A DNA stretch of 64,000 nt from NCBI RefSeq assembly GCF_033153115.1, contig NW_026889782.1:25730001-25794000 (forward strand), given 5' to 3'. Shown here piece by piece: positions 1 to 12,472 of this stretch (the first letter of the stretch is position 1; every line of letters begins with the position of its first letter). The position numbers and the translations under genes are program-made. Below the pieces are notes generated by a model. It had not been told where the DNA came from and did no database searches. It worked only from the letters and a program-made list of their open reading frames with translations. Origin of the DNA: Saccostrea echinata (lineage: Eukaryota).

Positions 1-857
1 GTTTCTTGTCCTCCATTTGTCAAAGAAAACTCTGAAGCAGTCGATGTGAATACAGGTTGGCAAGGAAATGAAGAAGGTTGACTTAAATTTGGCAGGAGAC
101 TGAAACTCTCTCTTCTTCCAGGGGAACTTTGTATCTTTGATGTAGTGAGCAGATTACGTGTAGGTGGTTGGAATAACCCAGAATCCTGAGGACGGACTAA
201 AACTGAGTTTGGAGTGTTTCCTCTTTGTATGTACAAGGTACCTCCTCTTGGCCCTGAGTTAGATAAGTCAGTCTGCCGATCTACACTTATTACGCCCTGT
301 GAGTTTAATCTGAGAGTTAGTAACTTTTGAACTTGAATTGCTTCTACTGTACCTGAGTTCAGAGTTTGCTTTGTTATCAATGTGGATAGTAGTGGGTTTT
401 GAGCAATATTTTCACTAGTCTTTGTGTTTACAGTTTGATTTTCTATCTCTTCAGGAGTATCCATTGTATTCTGAATGTGAGTTGAAGAACTTTCATAAAT
501 ATTTGAGGATGTGAACGAATTTCTCATAACTGGGTCATTTGACACAGACGGAGGTAAACTTAGGGCTCCAGAAGATGCCAGTTTGAAAGAAGCACTGGAA
601 TTCACATTTGTCACTGTAGTATTCACTGCATTTGAATATCTTTCAACATTGAAAGAAGAACTGGAATTTGTCCCTGCAGTATTCACTCCATTTGAATAAC
701 TTTCAACAGGTTCTTGTCTTACTACTGTGGATGTATGTAAGAGGTTATCTTCCCATGAAAGCACCGATTCCTGGTGTATATGAGGGACTCTGTTTTCTGC
801 TTGCTGTGTGGATCCACGATTTTGTGAGTTGTTATCCATGGAGTATATTGGTTCTTC
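1..857 (-). CDS. Crypton-derived gene, large S/T/N/Q-rich exon running off the window edge (EEPIYSMDNNSQNRGS...)
   Basis: Acceptor tttttcaccccag|GAA in phase 0. My translation is stop-free for 285 codons to position 1. Absent from the ORF track because it has no stop inside the window. Confidence 0.8.
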
Positions 858-1157
858 CTGGGGTGAAAAATTAATTACATTTGTAAATTATTTTAATTAA
901 TACCAGTAAATATATTCAATACTTTTTTTTTTAATCTATCTATTGGGAATGGATGAAATGTTTGTCATCTGCTGGAAAAACAAGTTGAGAAAAAAAAATT
1001 ATGACAAGCTACACTATAATTAAAAACTGAGGAATAGAATGTCCAAAATTTAATCCAACACTCTATATACTGCTGATTAAAGAGTTCTAATTCTGTGGTA
1101 TTCTTATGCAGTAAGAGTAGTCTGCCCTTAGATCTTATAACTCAAGATTTTATACTA

Positions 1158-3108
1158 CAGTCCCTGAAATGTTCTACTTTCCCATTTTTCCGTTCGCTCA
1201 CCGTTCATTCACCGTTCGTTCAGCGTGCCTTCACCATTCGTTCACTGTTCGCTCTCTGTTCACAGTTTTGCATTCAGCATTCACCGTGCACTCATGTTCA
1301 CCTTGCGTTCAGCGTTCGCTCTCCGTTTGTTCACTTTGCGTTCACCTTGCGTTCAGCGTTCACTTGTCTAACTACACAAATGTACCCTGAAATTAGGGTG
1401 CAGTGTAGAGAGGGTCCTTAAATGCAGTTGCTTTTTTAAAATTGTTATTGACTACATTGCCATTAACCTCCAAAGGAGGTAAGCCATTATGGATCTGAGT
1501 GTTGTATATTTTATGTGCCATATTCCACCACTTTCTTGAGTCGTTACACTCGGCTATATTTTTTAATAGCTTTTTATAGTAGTCATCGCGAACATTATGT
1601 ACAGTGCATATACAGTGATTTCTTATTTTTCTAAATTCAGACCATGATGATCAGTTTGTTTAGCGACTGTTTGTAATCATTTCCGTCAACGGATAAGTGT
1701 TCAAATTGCATTATTAATCCAAGGAGGATCGGATTTTCTAATTGTCACTGTCTTATTAAGTATGTTATTTCTAGCATGCTTTATAATAGTTTCATTAAAT
1801 CTTTATTAAATCATTAAGTCGATGTCAGAATCAGACAATACATGTATTTCTTCCCAGTCGATTGAATTCAGGTTATCTCTATATGAATCGTAATCGCCTT
1901 GATTGAATAACCAAATTTCACATTTAAATGAGTGAGAGATTTGATTATATTGACTTATCAACGCATAGACAGGACAATGATAATGTACACTCTGGTCCAG
2001 GAAACAATCGCCAACATAAGCTTTTTCCAGAATATTACTATCACTAACTATAATAACATCCATAAGTGTAGAAGTTTTTTTGGTAAAATGGGTTGGTTCT
2101 TCAATTAGTTGGGTAATGTTGTACATAGTCATTATATTAATGAGATAATCAGATTGTTGGTCAGTAAGTTTGCATTGAAATCACATGTGATTATTATTTT
2201 ACTAATTTTAGTGTTATAAGCTAGGTCTATGGAGTACTCAATATCACTCCATATAGATAAAGGAGAGTTTGGGGGTCGATAAAAGGTTCCATACAGATTA
2301 GATTGGCCACCCATAAAAAGTTCCAACCAAACGCACTCAATCATGGTTGGTTCAAGGTCAATTCTGCATTTTGCGAAAATATTATCCTTGACATATACTG
2401 TCATGCCCCCATCAATTTTCGTCTTGCGATAACGACAAAATGGAGTTTGGAAGTTATGTATATCGATATCCGTGGTAATGTTATCTTTGTGAAGCCATGT
2501 TTCAGTAAATGAAAGGATGGTGTGGTTGTGAAGTTCTGCTTCAAGTATATGGATCTTGTGACTTAGACTTTGGACATTTAAATGAGCGAAGGTAAATCTA
2601 TGTGGGTCGAATGATGTGTTTGAAGTACTTGTTGATGAATTACATGAAGATAATGAACATGTGCCATTTGGTTTTAAGGTAGGCCCTGGATTCTCTTCAA
2701 TATCACCTGATAGGAGGAGAAGAAGTGAGTACAAAAATGTAAGAAGAGTCATAGATATATATATACATGAATTATGTAAAATAGGTGCACTGGTAATACT
2801 TATGGTAGAACAATTAAATGACAGAGATATAATCGTGCATAGTGTGTTTAGCCCCATGTTTGCAAATACATGTAAAAGTATGATAATATGTAGACAAGAC
2901 TTAATCAAACTTAATGATGATTTGGGAAAAATGGCAATGTGATAAAATAACCCCACACTAGCCTGGTAGCTAGAAATATCTACACACATTCACCAAGTTG
3001 CGTTCAGCGTTCACACATCATTCACTCACCTTTCGCTCAGTGTTCGTTCACCGTTCACTCAGCATTTGCTCACCGTTCAAGTGGGAAAGTAGAACGTTTC
3101 AGGGACTA
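1158..3108. mobile_element. Non-autonomous TIR DNA element (Academ-like termini) with internal (C)ACCGTTC/CGTTCA short repeats, enclosing a LINE fragment
   Basis: 27-bp TIR: (c/t)agtccctgaaa(t/c)gttctactttccca at 1158 and its reverse complement ending at 3108. Short-repeat blocks at 1190-1366 and 2996-3080. Confidence 0.7.
1610..2989 (-). mobile_element. CR1/L2-clade LINE ORF2 5' fragment (hydrophobic leader, 2A-like peptide, APE endonuclease), frameshifted and 3'-truncated
   Basis: ORFs 2132-2989 and 1806-2132 carry LLLLLSGDIEENPGP, HLNVQSL, SFTETWL, YRPP, (C)DFN, EPTH and HCPV. Downstream remnant PPWINN...KFRKIRN. Confidence 0.88.
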
Positions 3109-3658
3109 CATGTATTTAAATTTCAGTTTGTGCTATTACTGTATAGCATGTACAGTTTCAAAATTGTCATGACCTCAAAGACATGAAATATAAATGCTAA
3201 TATCACCAATATCAAAACCCTGCCTCACAAATTCAAAAGAGATACATACTCCTCTGAGTATTTTTGCAAAGTAGGTCAAAGTTCAAGGTCAAATAGATTT
3301 TAATGCTGCTTATTTTCGTGATATTTTATGTCAATCAGTTCAAATACTAAAAAGTATAAATTTGCCTCTTAAATATCATAATTATGCTACATATCAGCAC
3401 AATCATCTATTTGAAAAGTATGTCAAAGGTCAAGTTCAAAGGTTACGAGGTCTGTAACCATGGTATTTTACAGAAGCCAAATAGTCAAGCAATATATGTG
3501 CAAAATATCAATTCTATATCTTTTACAATTTTCCAGATCTAGGGTGTGACTGACGGACAGACAGACAGACGCCAGGTAAAGTGCATCCCTATGTGCTGCT
3601 CTGCTCTGCAGGCAACACAAAAAGATAAACTCTAACATCTTTACTCAACAATGTCCAA

Positions 3659-4571
3659 ACAAGAAGCCGAGGAGCCACATTGCTCACCTGAGCACTATGG
3701 CTAGGAAAAAGCAGAAATCAGTTCAGTCTTGAAAGGTTGAAAAGTTTAAATATAAAATTGGTTTGGGGGGGGGGGGGGGGGGGGCTGTTGCTGTTCTTAA
3801 AAAAAAGTTTTTTTAAAGATTCTTCCTATACATTCCTATTTAAAACTTTGATCGCCCACTGTGGCCCCACCCGATCCCTGGGGGTCATGATTTGGACAGA
3901 CTTGAATCTACACTACCTGCGGATGCTTCCATGTAAATATGACCAATCATGGCTTTGCTGTTCTTGAGAAGAAGATTTTTAAAGATTTTTCCTATATACT
4001 CCTATGTAAAACTTTGATCGCCCACTGTGGCCCCACCCGATCCCTGGGGGTCATGATTTGGACAGACTTGAATCTACACTACCTGCGGATGCTTCCATGT
4101 AAATATGACCAATCATGGCTTTGCTGTTCTTGAGAAGAAGATTTTTAAAGATTTTTCCTATATACTCCTATGTAAAACTTTGTTCGCCCATAGTGGCCCC
4201 ACCCGACCCCCGGGGGTCATGATTTGAACAAATTTGAATCTACACTACCTGATGATACTTCCACATAAGTTTCATATTTTCAAGCACAGTGATTCTTGAG
4301 AAGAAGATTTTTTAATGATGCCATTAATTTTTCACAAATTTTTAATTATCTCCCCTTGGAAGAAGGCGTGGCCCTTCATTTGGACAAACTTGAATCCCCT
4401 TTACCCAAGGATACTTTGTGGCAAGTTTGGTTGAAATGGGTGCACTGATTCTGGAGAAGAAGTCCAAAATGTGTAAAGTTTACAGACAGACAGACGGACT
4501 ACAGACAAAATGTGATCAGAAAAGCTCATTTGAGCGATCAGAAAAGCTCATTTGAGCCTTCGGTGAGCTAT
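3659..4571 (+). mobile_element. Helentron/HINE-type non-autonomous element with 166-bp (Cg170-like) tandem repeats
   Basis: 5' acaagaagcc...gctcacctgagc, 166-bp tandem units, ACAG/ACGG microsatellite, and 3' aaagctcatttgagcc...gagcta hairpin. Confidence 0.8.
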
Positions 4572-4684
4572 AAAAATATTTCATTGTTGTATAGATGGTC
4601 TTTTAAGTTGTAACTCATGCACAGAAGATAAACCCAACTATAAACCCAACTTATATGGGATTACAATTATATCTAGAGACTGAC

Positions 4685-4755
4685 CTCTTCACTCTCAAGG
4701 TCAAGGTCACTGTCACCACTTGAGTCTTCATCAACAGAATCAGCGGCTTCATCAA
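4685..4755 (-). CDS. Crypton-derived gene, acidic exon (VDEAADSVDEDSSGDSDLDLESEE)
   Basis: ttcttttgacag|TT acceptor and GAG|GTCAGT donor. Phase 1->0. Confidence 0.7.
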
Positions 4756-4837
4756 CTGTCAAAAGAAAACATTTTTGTAAAGCAGAGTCAAAACTTTGGC
4801 CAAAGAAGTGCAATACAGGGTTGTCCCTAAGATTTGA

Positions 4838-5878
4838 AACAAGAGGCCCACCTGAGCACAGTGGCCAGGGAAAAATCAATCCAGTACTGAAAAGCTTAAA
4901 TGCATAAGTGGTCCGGACCTACCCATAAATAGGGGAGGGGGGTTATGATCTGAATTAACTTGAATCTACAACTAAGGATGCTTACATATTTCTTTGACTT
5001 ACTGTGGCTTTTTTCCCTACAAGTTTGAACTTTCATTGTGGTCCCACCCTACCCCCGGGTCATGATTTGAACAAATCTGAATCTACATTACCTGACGATG
5101 CTTCCGTACAAATTTGACCAATCATGGCTTGGTTGTTATTGAGAGGAAGATTTTTCCTATATATTCCAATGTAAAACTTTGATCGTCCATTGTGGCCCCA
5201 CGCTACCCCTGGGGGTCATGATTTGAACAAACTTGAATCTACCCTCCATGAGGATGCTTCCATACAAATATAAACAATCATGGCTTTTTTATTCTTGAGA
5301 AGAAGATATTTAAAGATTTTTCTTATATATTCCTATGAAAAACTTTGATAACCATCTGGCCCCACCCTACCCCTGGGGTCATGATTTGAACAAACTTGAA
5401 TTAACACTACCTGAGGGCTTTGTTGTTCTTGAGAATATTTTTAAAGATTTTTCCTATATATTCCTATGTAAAATTTGATTGTCCATTGTGGCCCCACCCT
5501 ACCCCCGGGGGTCATGATTTTAACAATTTAAATCTACACTGCCTGAGGATGCTTCCATATTAATATGACCAATCATAGTTTTGTTGTTCTTGAGAAGAAG
5601 ATTTTTAAATATTTTTCCTGTATATTCCTACGTAAAACTTTGATCGCTTCTTGTGGCCCCAACCTATCCCCCGGGGTCATGATTTGAACAAACTTGAATC
5701 TACACTACCTGAGGATGCTTCCACATTAGTTTCATTTTTCCCGATCCAGTGGTTCTTGAGAAGAAGATTTTTAAAAGATGCCATTAATTTTTCACAAATT
5801 TTTAATTATCTCCCCTTGGAAGGTGTGGCCCTTCATTTGAACAAACATGAATCTTCTTCACCCAAGAATACTTTGTGG

Positions 5879-5916
<38 letters not shown>

Positions 5917-6024
5917 AAGTCTAAAATGTGAAAAGATTACAGACAGACAGATGGACAGACAGAAGGACGCTGGACAAAATGTGATCAGAAAAGCTCATTT
6001 GAGCCTTCAGCTCAGTTGAGCTAA
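4838..6024 (+). mobile_element. Second Helentron/HINE element with Cg170-like repeats
   Basis: Same architecture: aacaagaggccc...cacctgagc, about 5 diverged ~166-bp units, acagacag tract and gagccttcagctcagttgagcta end. Confidence 0.8.
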
Positions 6025-6229
6025 TAGAAGGGGAGATTTCAAAAGTAGAAGGGAATCATGGGATTCCTCCCCTAATGGGGAGTTTAGGAGGAATATCAAA
6101 ATAACTGGGGGATTACATCATTAAAGGCGTGAGAAATTCTAGCCCCTGGGTGTTAGGGACAACCCTGCAATATAAAAAAACGACAGGGACTTTTCAACAA
6201 TGAATGCCTCTTATAATTATTATTCATAC

Positions 6230-6457
6230 ATTGACCTTCTTTCAGTAGAGAAGGAGCAACCCCAGAGCCATCTTGGGAAACCTTCAGTTGATTACACTTC
6301 ATTTCTTTTATCACTGTAGGGTAAATACCCATTCCATCCTTCTCAAAAATGTTTTGTGAAGCAGTTTGAGTAGTTGCTGTCGGATGAATGAAAGATCTTT
6401 GTCCAATCAGAAAGTTCCTTTCAACACACTCTTGGTACACATTTGAATATGGCTGAC
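6230..6457 (-). CDS. Crypton-derived gene, candidate symmetric exon (GQPYSNVYQECVERNF...LLKEGQ)
   Basis: 228 nt, phase 1->1, open, unique sequence between repeats. Acceptor caacaag| is weak; donor T|GTATGA. Confidence 0.45.
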
Positions 6458-6848
6458 CTTGTTGGCACAGGTTAAGGACAAATATGTTTTAGTTTGGAAT
6501 GCACATGAGCTTTTAGTCATCCATGTGCTATTCGTGACTTGTGTTTGAAGACAGGAATATGTCTGAATATCAGACATTCATTTTTTGTATTAATACTGAA
6601 ATTTCTGGGCAGAGTTATATTGTTTTAATAGCAAGTAACAGAAATGTTCAAACTACAATTAATTTGATTAGCTGGCACATAGCATTTGGGGGGGGGGGGG
6701 GGGGGGGCTTTTTTCAAGACATAAGTTTTTATTATAGAAAATGTTCCTTGAAAGTCCAGGTGCACCCTCCCTACTTTTGGTTGCAGTATTGTCAAATAAG
6801 GGTAATACAGCTATATGTATGTATAAGGGTAATGTAGTGTTTAAGAAA

Positions 6849-9800
6849 AAACAAGAGGCCCAAGGGCTTTGAATCACTCTTCTGATAAACTGTACAACCT
6901 ATCACTTCTATTTGAAGCCTCTAAGTATCCTTTATATTTAGATAAAGCCTTGAAATTCAAAGGTAGGCCATCATGACCTACATTTTAGATGAAACACTTT
7001 GAGAACATAAGATGATTCTAAGCCAATTAGTTCCTAAGAGTATGTCATGGTGATCTACTTATCACTTGTCATTTTCTGAGGACCCAAGATGCATCAACTA
7101 AGTTTGATGATTCTAAGCCAATTAGTACCTAAAATATTTTTAAAATTATTACCATAAAATTTCAAAAGTAGGTCAAAGTGACCTACTTTTCAGATGACAT
7201 ACTTTGAGGACCGAAGATGCCTCAACTGACAAAGTTTGATGATTCTAAGCCAATTAGCACCTGATATATTTAAATAAAGCCATAAAATTTCAAAAATAGG
7301 CCAAAGTGAACTCCTTTTCAGTCAACTAACTCTGTGGACCCAAGATGCATCAACTGACAAAGTTTGGTGATTCTAAGCCAATTAGTACCTAAAAATATTT
7401 AAATAAAGCAATAAAATTTCAAAAGAAGGTCATAGTGACCTACATTTCAGTCAACTTACTCCGAGGACGTAAGACGCATCAACTGACAAAGTTTGATGAT
7501 TCTAATCCAATTAGTACCTGAAAAAATATTTCATAATAGCCATATAAATTGAAAAGTAGGTCAAAGTGACCTACTTTTAAGATGACCTACTCTGAGGACC
7601 CAAGATGCATCAACTGACAAAGTTTGATGATTCAAGGCCAATAAGTACCTGAAATATTTAATTAAAGCCATAAATTTTCAAATGTAGGTCACAGTGACCT
7701 ACCTTTCAGTCGAACTAGTTCGAAGACCCAAGATGCATCAACTGACAAAGTTTGATGATTCTAACCCAATTATTACCCAAAATATTTAATTATAGTCATA
7801 TAAATTAAAAAGTAGGTCATGGTGACCTACTCTGAGGACCCAAGATACATCAACTGACAAATTTTGATGATTCTAAGCCGCAGGTGTGTTAAGGAAGCAC
7901 TAAGATAATCTGACTTGACTAAATCAGTGATACCGTATGACGTCATAGTAGGCGAGATGACGTCAATTTTAGAACACAAGTTTTCTAAATACTGTTATTT
8001 AGAGATATAATTTAACTCCTGAATTTGAATAGAAACTTGCAAATATCAACAAAAATAAAATGTTTTTATTTTGTTATGCTGTATCTGTCACCTGAATTAA
8101 AAACTCCGACCGATGACGTCATATATGTTAACAAGTAACTTGAATATTGATCATGTTGTGTAACGAGAATTTGGCTAAGACGGCATGTAAAAAGATATGT
8201 AAAAGGGGGTTTAGAAGCAAATATCATGAATATTTTATGTGATTTATGTGAAGTTAAAGTTTGGTAAACAGGTATGCTAATTCATTTTCATTGATTATAT
8301 CTTCTATTGAATACAGTCAGCTATTTACGTATCCCGGCCGGCCTTTCCTTTGTCATTCGTGACAACAATAATGCAAAAGAACAACACTAAGCTGGATACT
8401 TCAAAACCTAATATTAACACATATCGAAAGCTTGTGTTCTATAAAACTTGGGAAGTGCTGCTAGAATCATGAGGTAAACTTGGTTTGAAGAAATATCTCG
8501 GGTTATATGTATAAAATGCAAAACATTGGGTAAGGTTTCGTGCGAATATAAGGAATAATTATTTTCTCGACCGGACAGTGGGATTCTAGCTGCAGCAGCA
8601 CTTTTTAGGCATAAGAGATGTTTTTCAACTATATTATTTACTAAAAGAAATTATCAAACCCCGGGGTATTGTTGTTCTGTTAACTTTTTTATTTAGGAAT
8701 ATTTTGCTATTAATAGCAGTCACGTGATGACGTTGCGGTGGTGCACTTCTTGGCCTCAGACACTTTGTTGTCTTTATGTAATAGTTAATAATAGTTTACG
8801 TTTTATCGGTGACTTTGATAAATTATCAAACTTAATTTTCTTAAAAGAGTCTAAAATTCCCGAGAAACGATTAATATGCTTCCTTAACATACCCACAGCC
8901 AAATGGTACCCTTACTATTTAAATATAGCCAAAAAATTTCAAAAGTTGGTCACGGTGACCTACTTTTCAGTTGACATTTTTTGAGGACCCAAGATGCATC
9001 ACCTTACAAAGTTTTATTATCATAGGCCTTAAAATGTCCAAATTATGCCTCTAAAATGCTTTGAAATCGAATGTCTGCAAAGTTAAAAAATTAGGTCACT
9101 GTGACCTACTTTTTACTAAATATGTTTTATGGCCCCAAAATGCATCATCTTACAAGATTTAATGATTCTAAACCTCTCAGTATTCGAATTAATGACCTTT
9201 ATTGTTTTGAAACAGATTAGCCATAAAATTCAAAAAGTAGGTCAAGGTAACCTACTTTTTAGTCAATGTACTCTGAGGACCCAAGATACATCAACTGACA
9301 AAGTTTGATGATCATAGGCCTTAAATTGTTCAAAATATGCCTGTAAATTATTTTGAAAAAGAATGGCTGCAAAATTTTAAAAAGTAGGCCACCGTGACCT
9401 ACTTTTGAGTCAACATGATATGAGGTCCTTAGATGCATCAACTGACAAGATTTGATGATCCTAGTCCTTATATTAAGCAAAATAACATTTTAATAAAATG
9501 TAATTTTTGGTCAACTTTGAAGTGACCTTGAGACCACACGCTTTACCCCATGGTGATTCCCGTGCAAATTTTAATCTACAACATATCCTCATCCTTTTGT
9601 GTAAGTTTGGTGATAATCTGCCCAGTGGTTCTTGAGAAGAAGATTTTTTAGCAACCAGTACTTTTGTTTCTATTTTCCTAATTATCTCCCCTTGTTTAAG
9701 GGTCACAACACTAGTTTTAGTACAAATCGGAGCCCTTGGGCCAAGGATACCTTGTGACAAATTTGACAATAATTGGCCAAGGGGTTCTTGAGTTATGGCC

Positions 9801-9880
9801 CATATTCTAAAAAGTTTATGCACACTGCACAAATGGCCATAACATTAGCTCTTTGAGCCTTTGGCTCAGAAGAGCTAAAA
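6849..9880 (+). mobile_element. Helentron-like element with ~120-145-bp satellite array (AAAAGTAGGTCAnnnTGACCTACTTTT core)
   Basis: 5' aacaagaggcccaagggc, tandem gaggacccaagatgcatcaactgacaaagtttgatgattctaagcc units, 3' ttagctctttgagcctttggctcagaagagctaaaa hairpin. Interrupted by a TIR element. Confidence 0.8.
7876..8900. mobile_element. Non-autonomous TIR element inserted in the satellite array
   Basis: agccgcaggtgtgttaaggaagca at left versus tgcttccttaacatacccacagcc at right. The satellite monomer resumes after it. Confidence 0.65.
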
Positions 9881-10030
9881 ATTGGAACTGAAGATGTTGG
9901 AAGTACAAACTGAACAACAGGTAATTTAAAGAAAGAAATGAAGTGTAATCAACTGTGGGAATCCGATGTACTAGTGCTGAGGTTTTAATATGAAGAACAA
10001 ATATATAAGAAAGTCTTATTCCACTTATAC

Positions 10031-10087
10031 CCTCTAGCTGCAGGGATATGTCATCTTGTTCTTCTGGCTCTCTTGGTGGAATCCCAT
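10031..10087 (-). CDS. Crypton-derived gene, exon 4 (DGIPPREPEEQDDISLQLE)
   Basis: cctttcag|AT acceptor and G|GTATAAG donor. Phase 1->1, open. Confidence 0.65.
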
Positions 10088-10367
10088 CTGAAAGGTTTAA
10101 AATTATATTTATTTTTTTTCTGATTGCTTTTTTTCATAAAAAAGACAATCGTAATGCCAGTTTCATTTTGTAGCTCTTTGGTAAACATGCATTTCAATTT
10201 TGTTACAAAACTGGTCATGGGAACATTTAATGAATTTTTAAGCTCACTTAACTTTTATTTCAAACATGATAGAAAGTCTTTGTTGCAGGAGTTTATTAAA
10301 GAATAGCTTAGAATGTAAACCTTGAAAAGTTACACAACAGAAGAAGTGCATTCTAGTCATTATCGTA

Positions 10368-11413
10368 CAGGGTTCGACACTAACCTAAGTCCGTTAGTCT
10401 CAGACTAATACATTTTCATTCGGACTAATAAAATCTGTGGCTAATTAGTCCGAACGGACCAATAAAAATTCCTGAAAAACAACATGAATAATTTAAAGAT
10501 GTCCGATTCTCCACAACTTTTACTGGAAAACCCCGCATTTATTTTTAGCTTTCTAGATTTTTGGCGGGGAGTTAGACAATTTCGAGTTTGCGCATATTTT
10601 TTTCAACTGATTGGTTTGAAGTAAAACATTTTAGCGATCATAATTAATATGACACATAAAAGAAAGATGTCAGACATTTTGGATGTAATGTAAAGAGAAA
10701 AAGAACTAGATCGGGAATACGATCGTACTCGTTGATCTAGATAGAACGTTCTATCGTTAAAATGATATTGTCCTACGGACCCGGTTTAACGGTAGAATTC
10801 GTTCCGTGTATTGGCAATGTTGCAAAATAAACACGGGCGATGACTCGTACTCTGTGCATTTTCTATGAACAATCCAGAGAGTTTCGAATGTCAACATGGC
10901 GTTAAATTTGAAGCGAGGAAAAAACGTTGAGAAAATTAGTTGAATTTTCGTATTTATATGGCTTATTTTTTAGGTTAAAAGACATAGATTATCTCAAAAA
11001 GGTTTGTTATGATTAATTTGGTAGTTATTTTCAGTGCAATTCCTTTTGTATTCTTCAAAATCATTTCGGAGTGGATCCACTCCAATTTGCTACATTGCAA
11101 GTATATGGAACGTAGGCCAATTCTAACTGTGGTGAGGGCTTGTCCCGAGACACAGTTAAATTATTCAAACTATCGTTGATCGCGAGGTTTTAACGAATCT
11201 GTGCTAGGAATAAGCCATTTCACGTAAATGCTTTGTTTATTTTAAAAAAGTATAAAAACATATATTGAAATGTTTATTTATAAATTAATGCTACAAAACG
11301 TTGATGTTTCTTTTTTTTTTTGACGGACTCATAAAATTGCATGCGGACTAGTAAAAGTAAAGAAGCACTAGTCCGGCAGGACTAAAACCTAAAAAAGTTA
11401 GTGTCGAACCCTG
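10368..11413. mobile_element. MITE with CAGGG termini and 5-bp TSD (hAT5-like)
   Basis: TIR cagggttcgacactaac / gttagtgtcgaaccctg. TCGTA duplicated at 10363-10367 and 11414-11418. Confidence 0.85.
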
Positions 11414-11454
11414 TCGTACCAGAGATAAGACAATTTGAGTTTGACAATTTGATT

Positions 11455-12103
11455 AAGGGCTGAAACGATTCATCAAAATATTGATACTGTTCAATATAAT
11501 AGCTCGATTCAATGTTCGATTCACTATCACGATTTTCAGTTTGATAGTTTTTTTTAAAATTGGGTTCATTAATTCCTTGAAATAGATCGGGTTTGACCTC
11601 ATTCTAATTGTTTGACACATATGTGAGGGAAAAATAGCGATGGAGAAATTAAAGTTTCAGAGCAGGCTGCCACTGCTAGTATTGACATAAAGAGAAGTGC
11701 TCTTTTAAGGGTACTTAGACACAGATTTGAACTTAATATTTTCTCAAATTTTCTGTATAATATCATATCTTGTATTTTGTTTCAATTAATTCGAGATAAA
11801 ATAAGATTCTTATTATGATTTAGTATGAAATGCTACAGCAACATACAAGTCATGAAATTGTACAGAAAATTGGAGAAAATATTAATATCAAGTCTGTGTC
11901 CAAGCACCTTTAATCTAGAAAAGCACAAATTGTGCTCTTTATAGTATCACCATCTTTTATTTGAAATTTTGAAATCTGAATAAACATTTTCTGAAACCTT
12001 TAAATTTGTTTCTTTTTTAAAATGTATCATTGAAAAAATTGAATTGTGAAACAAGTATTGTGATATGTGTCATATCATGGAGGAGACATATCGTTTAGCC
12101 CCA
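11455..12103. mobile_element. hAT-type MITE with 8-bp TSD, containing a nested TTAA element
   Basis: aagggctgaaacgat ... atcgtttagcccca, with TSD ATTTGATT on both sides. Confidence 0.7.
11709..11909. mobile_element. Kolobok-like hairpin MITE (TTAA TSD)
   Basis: TTAA|gggtacttagacacagatttga...tcaagtctgtgtccaagcacct|TTAA, with ~50-bp imperfect TIR. Confidence 0.7.
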
Positions 12104-12121
12104 ATTTGATTTATTGCTTAC

Positions 12122-12171
12122 CTGAATTCCTTTTTCTGTAGATGGAACCAAAGTTCTGTGCCTCACGTGTT
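12122..12171 (-). CDS. Crypton-derived gene, exon 3 (RTREAQNFGSIYRKRNS)
   Basis: tacttatag|A acceptor and CAG|GTAAGC donor. Phase 2->1, compatible with neighbours and open. Confidence 0.65.
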
Positions 12172-12472
12172 CTATAAGTATACAGATACATTTTATCTGA
12201 CATAGTCATTGAATAAAGAAGGAATTTTGTTAGAATTCATTAAATACAGTGACACAAAGGTGTAATCTTCGAATAAGAAGCAAGAATATTACGTAAAACT
12301 ATGTTGATTATTAGGCAATCTTAGGCAAACAGTTTGGTTCTTGGGTACAACAAAACACGTTACCCTTGAACACAGTTTATAAATGTATAGTACTAGTCGG
12401 TAAAACAACAATTAATTTAAGCCTCTTGCGTTAATTGATCAATACTAGTCAGTAAAACATAACCTCTAGCAT

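Noticed and set aside
511-874. Plus-strand ORFs 511-699 and 668-874 (likewise 2616-2942, 15310-15714, 22103-22378)
   Set aside because: Antisense to better-supported coding sequence.
3737-6019. ORFs within Cg170-type repeats (also 9259-9832, 26731-26934, 54264-54854)
   Set aside because: Chance ORFs in non-coding Helentron/satellite sequence.
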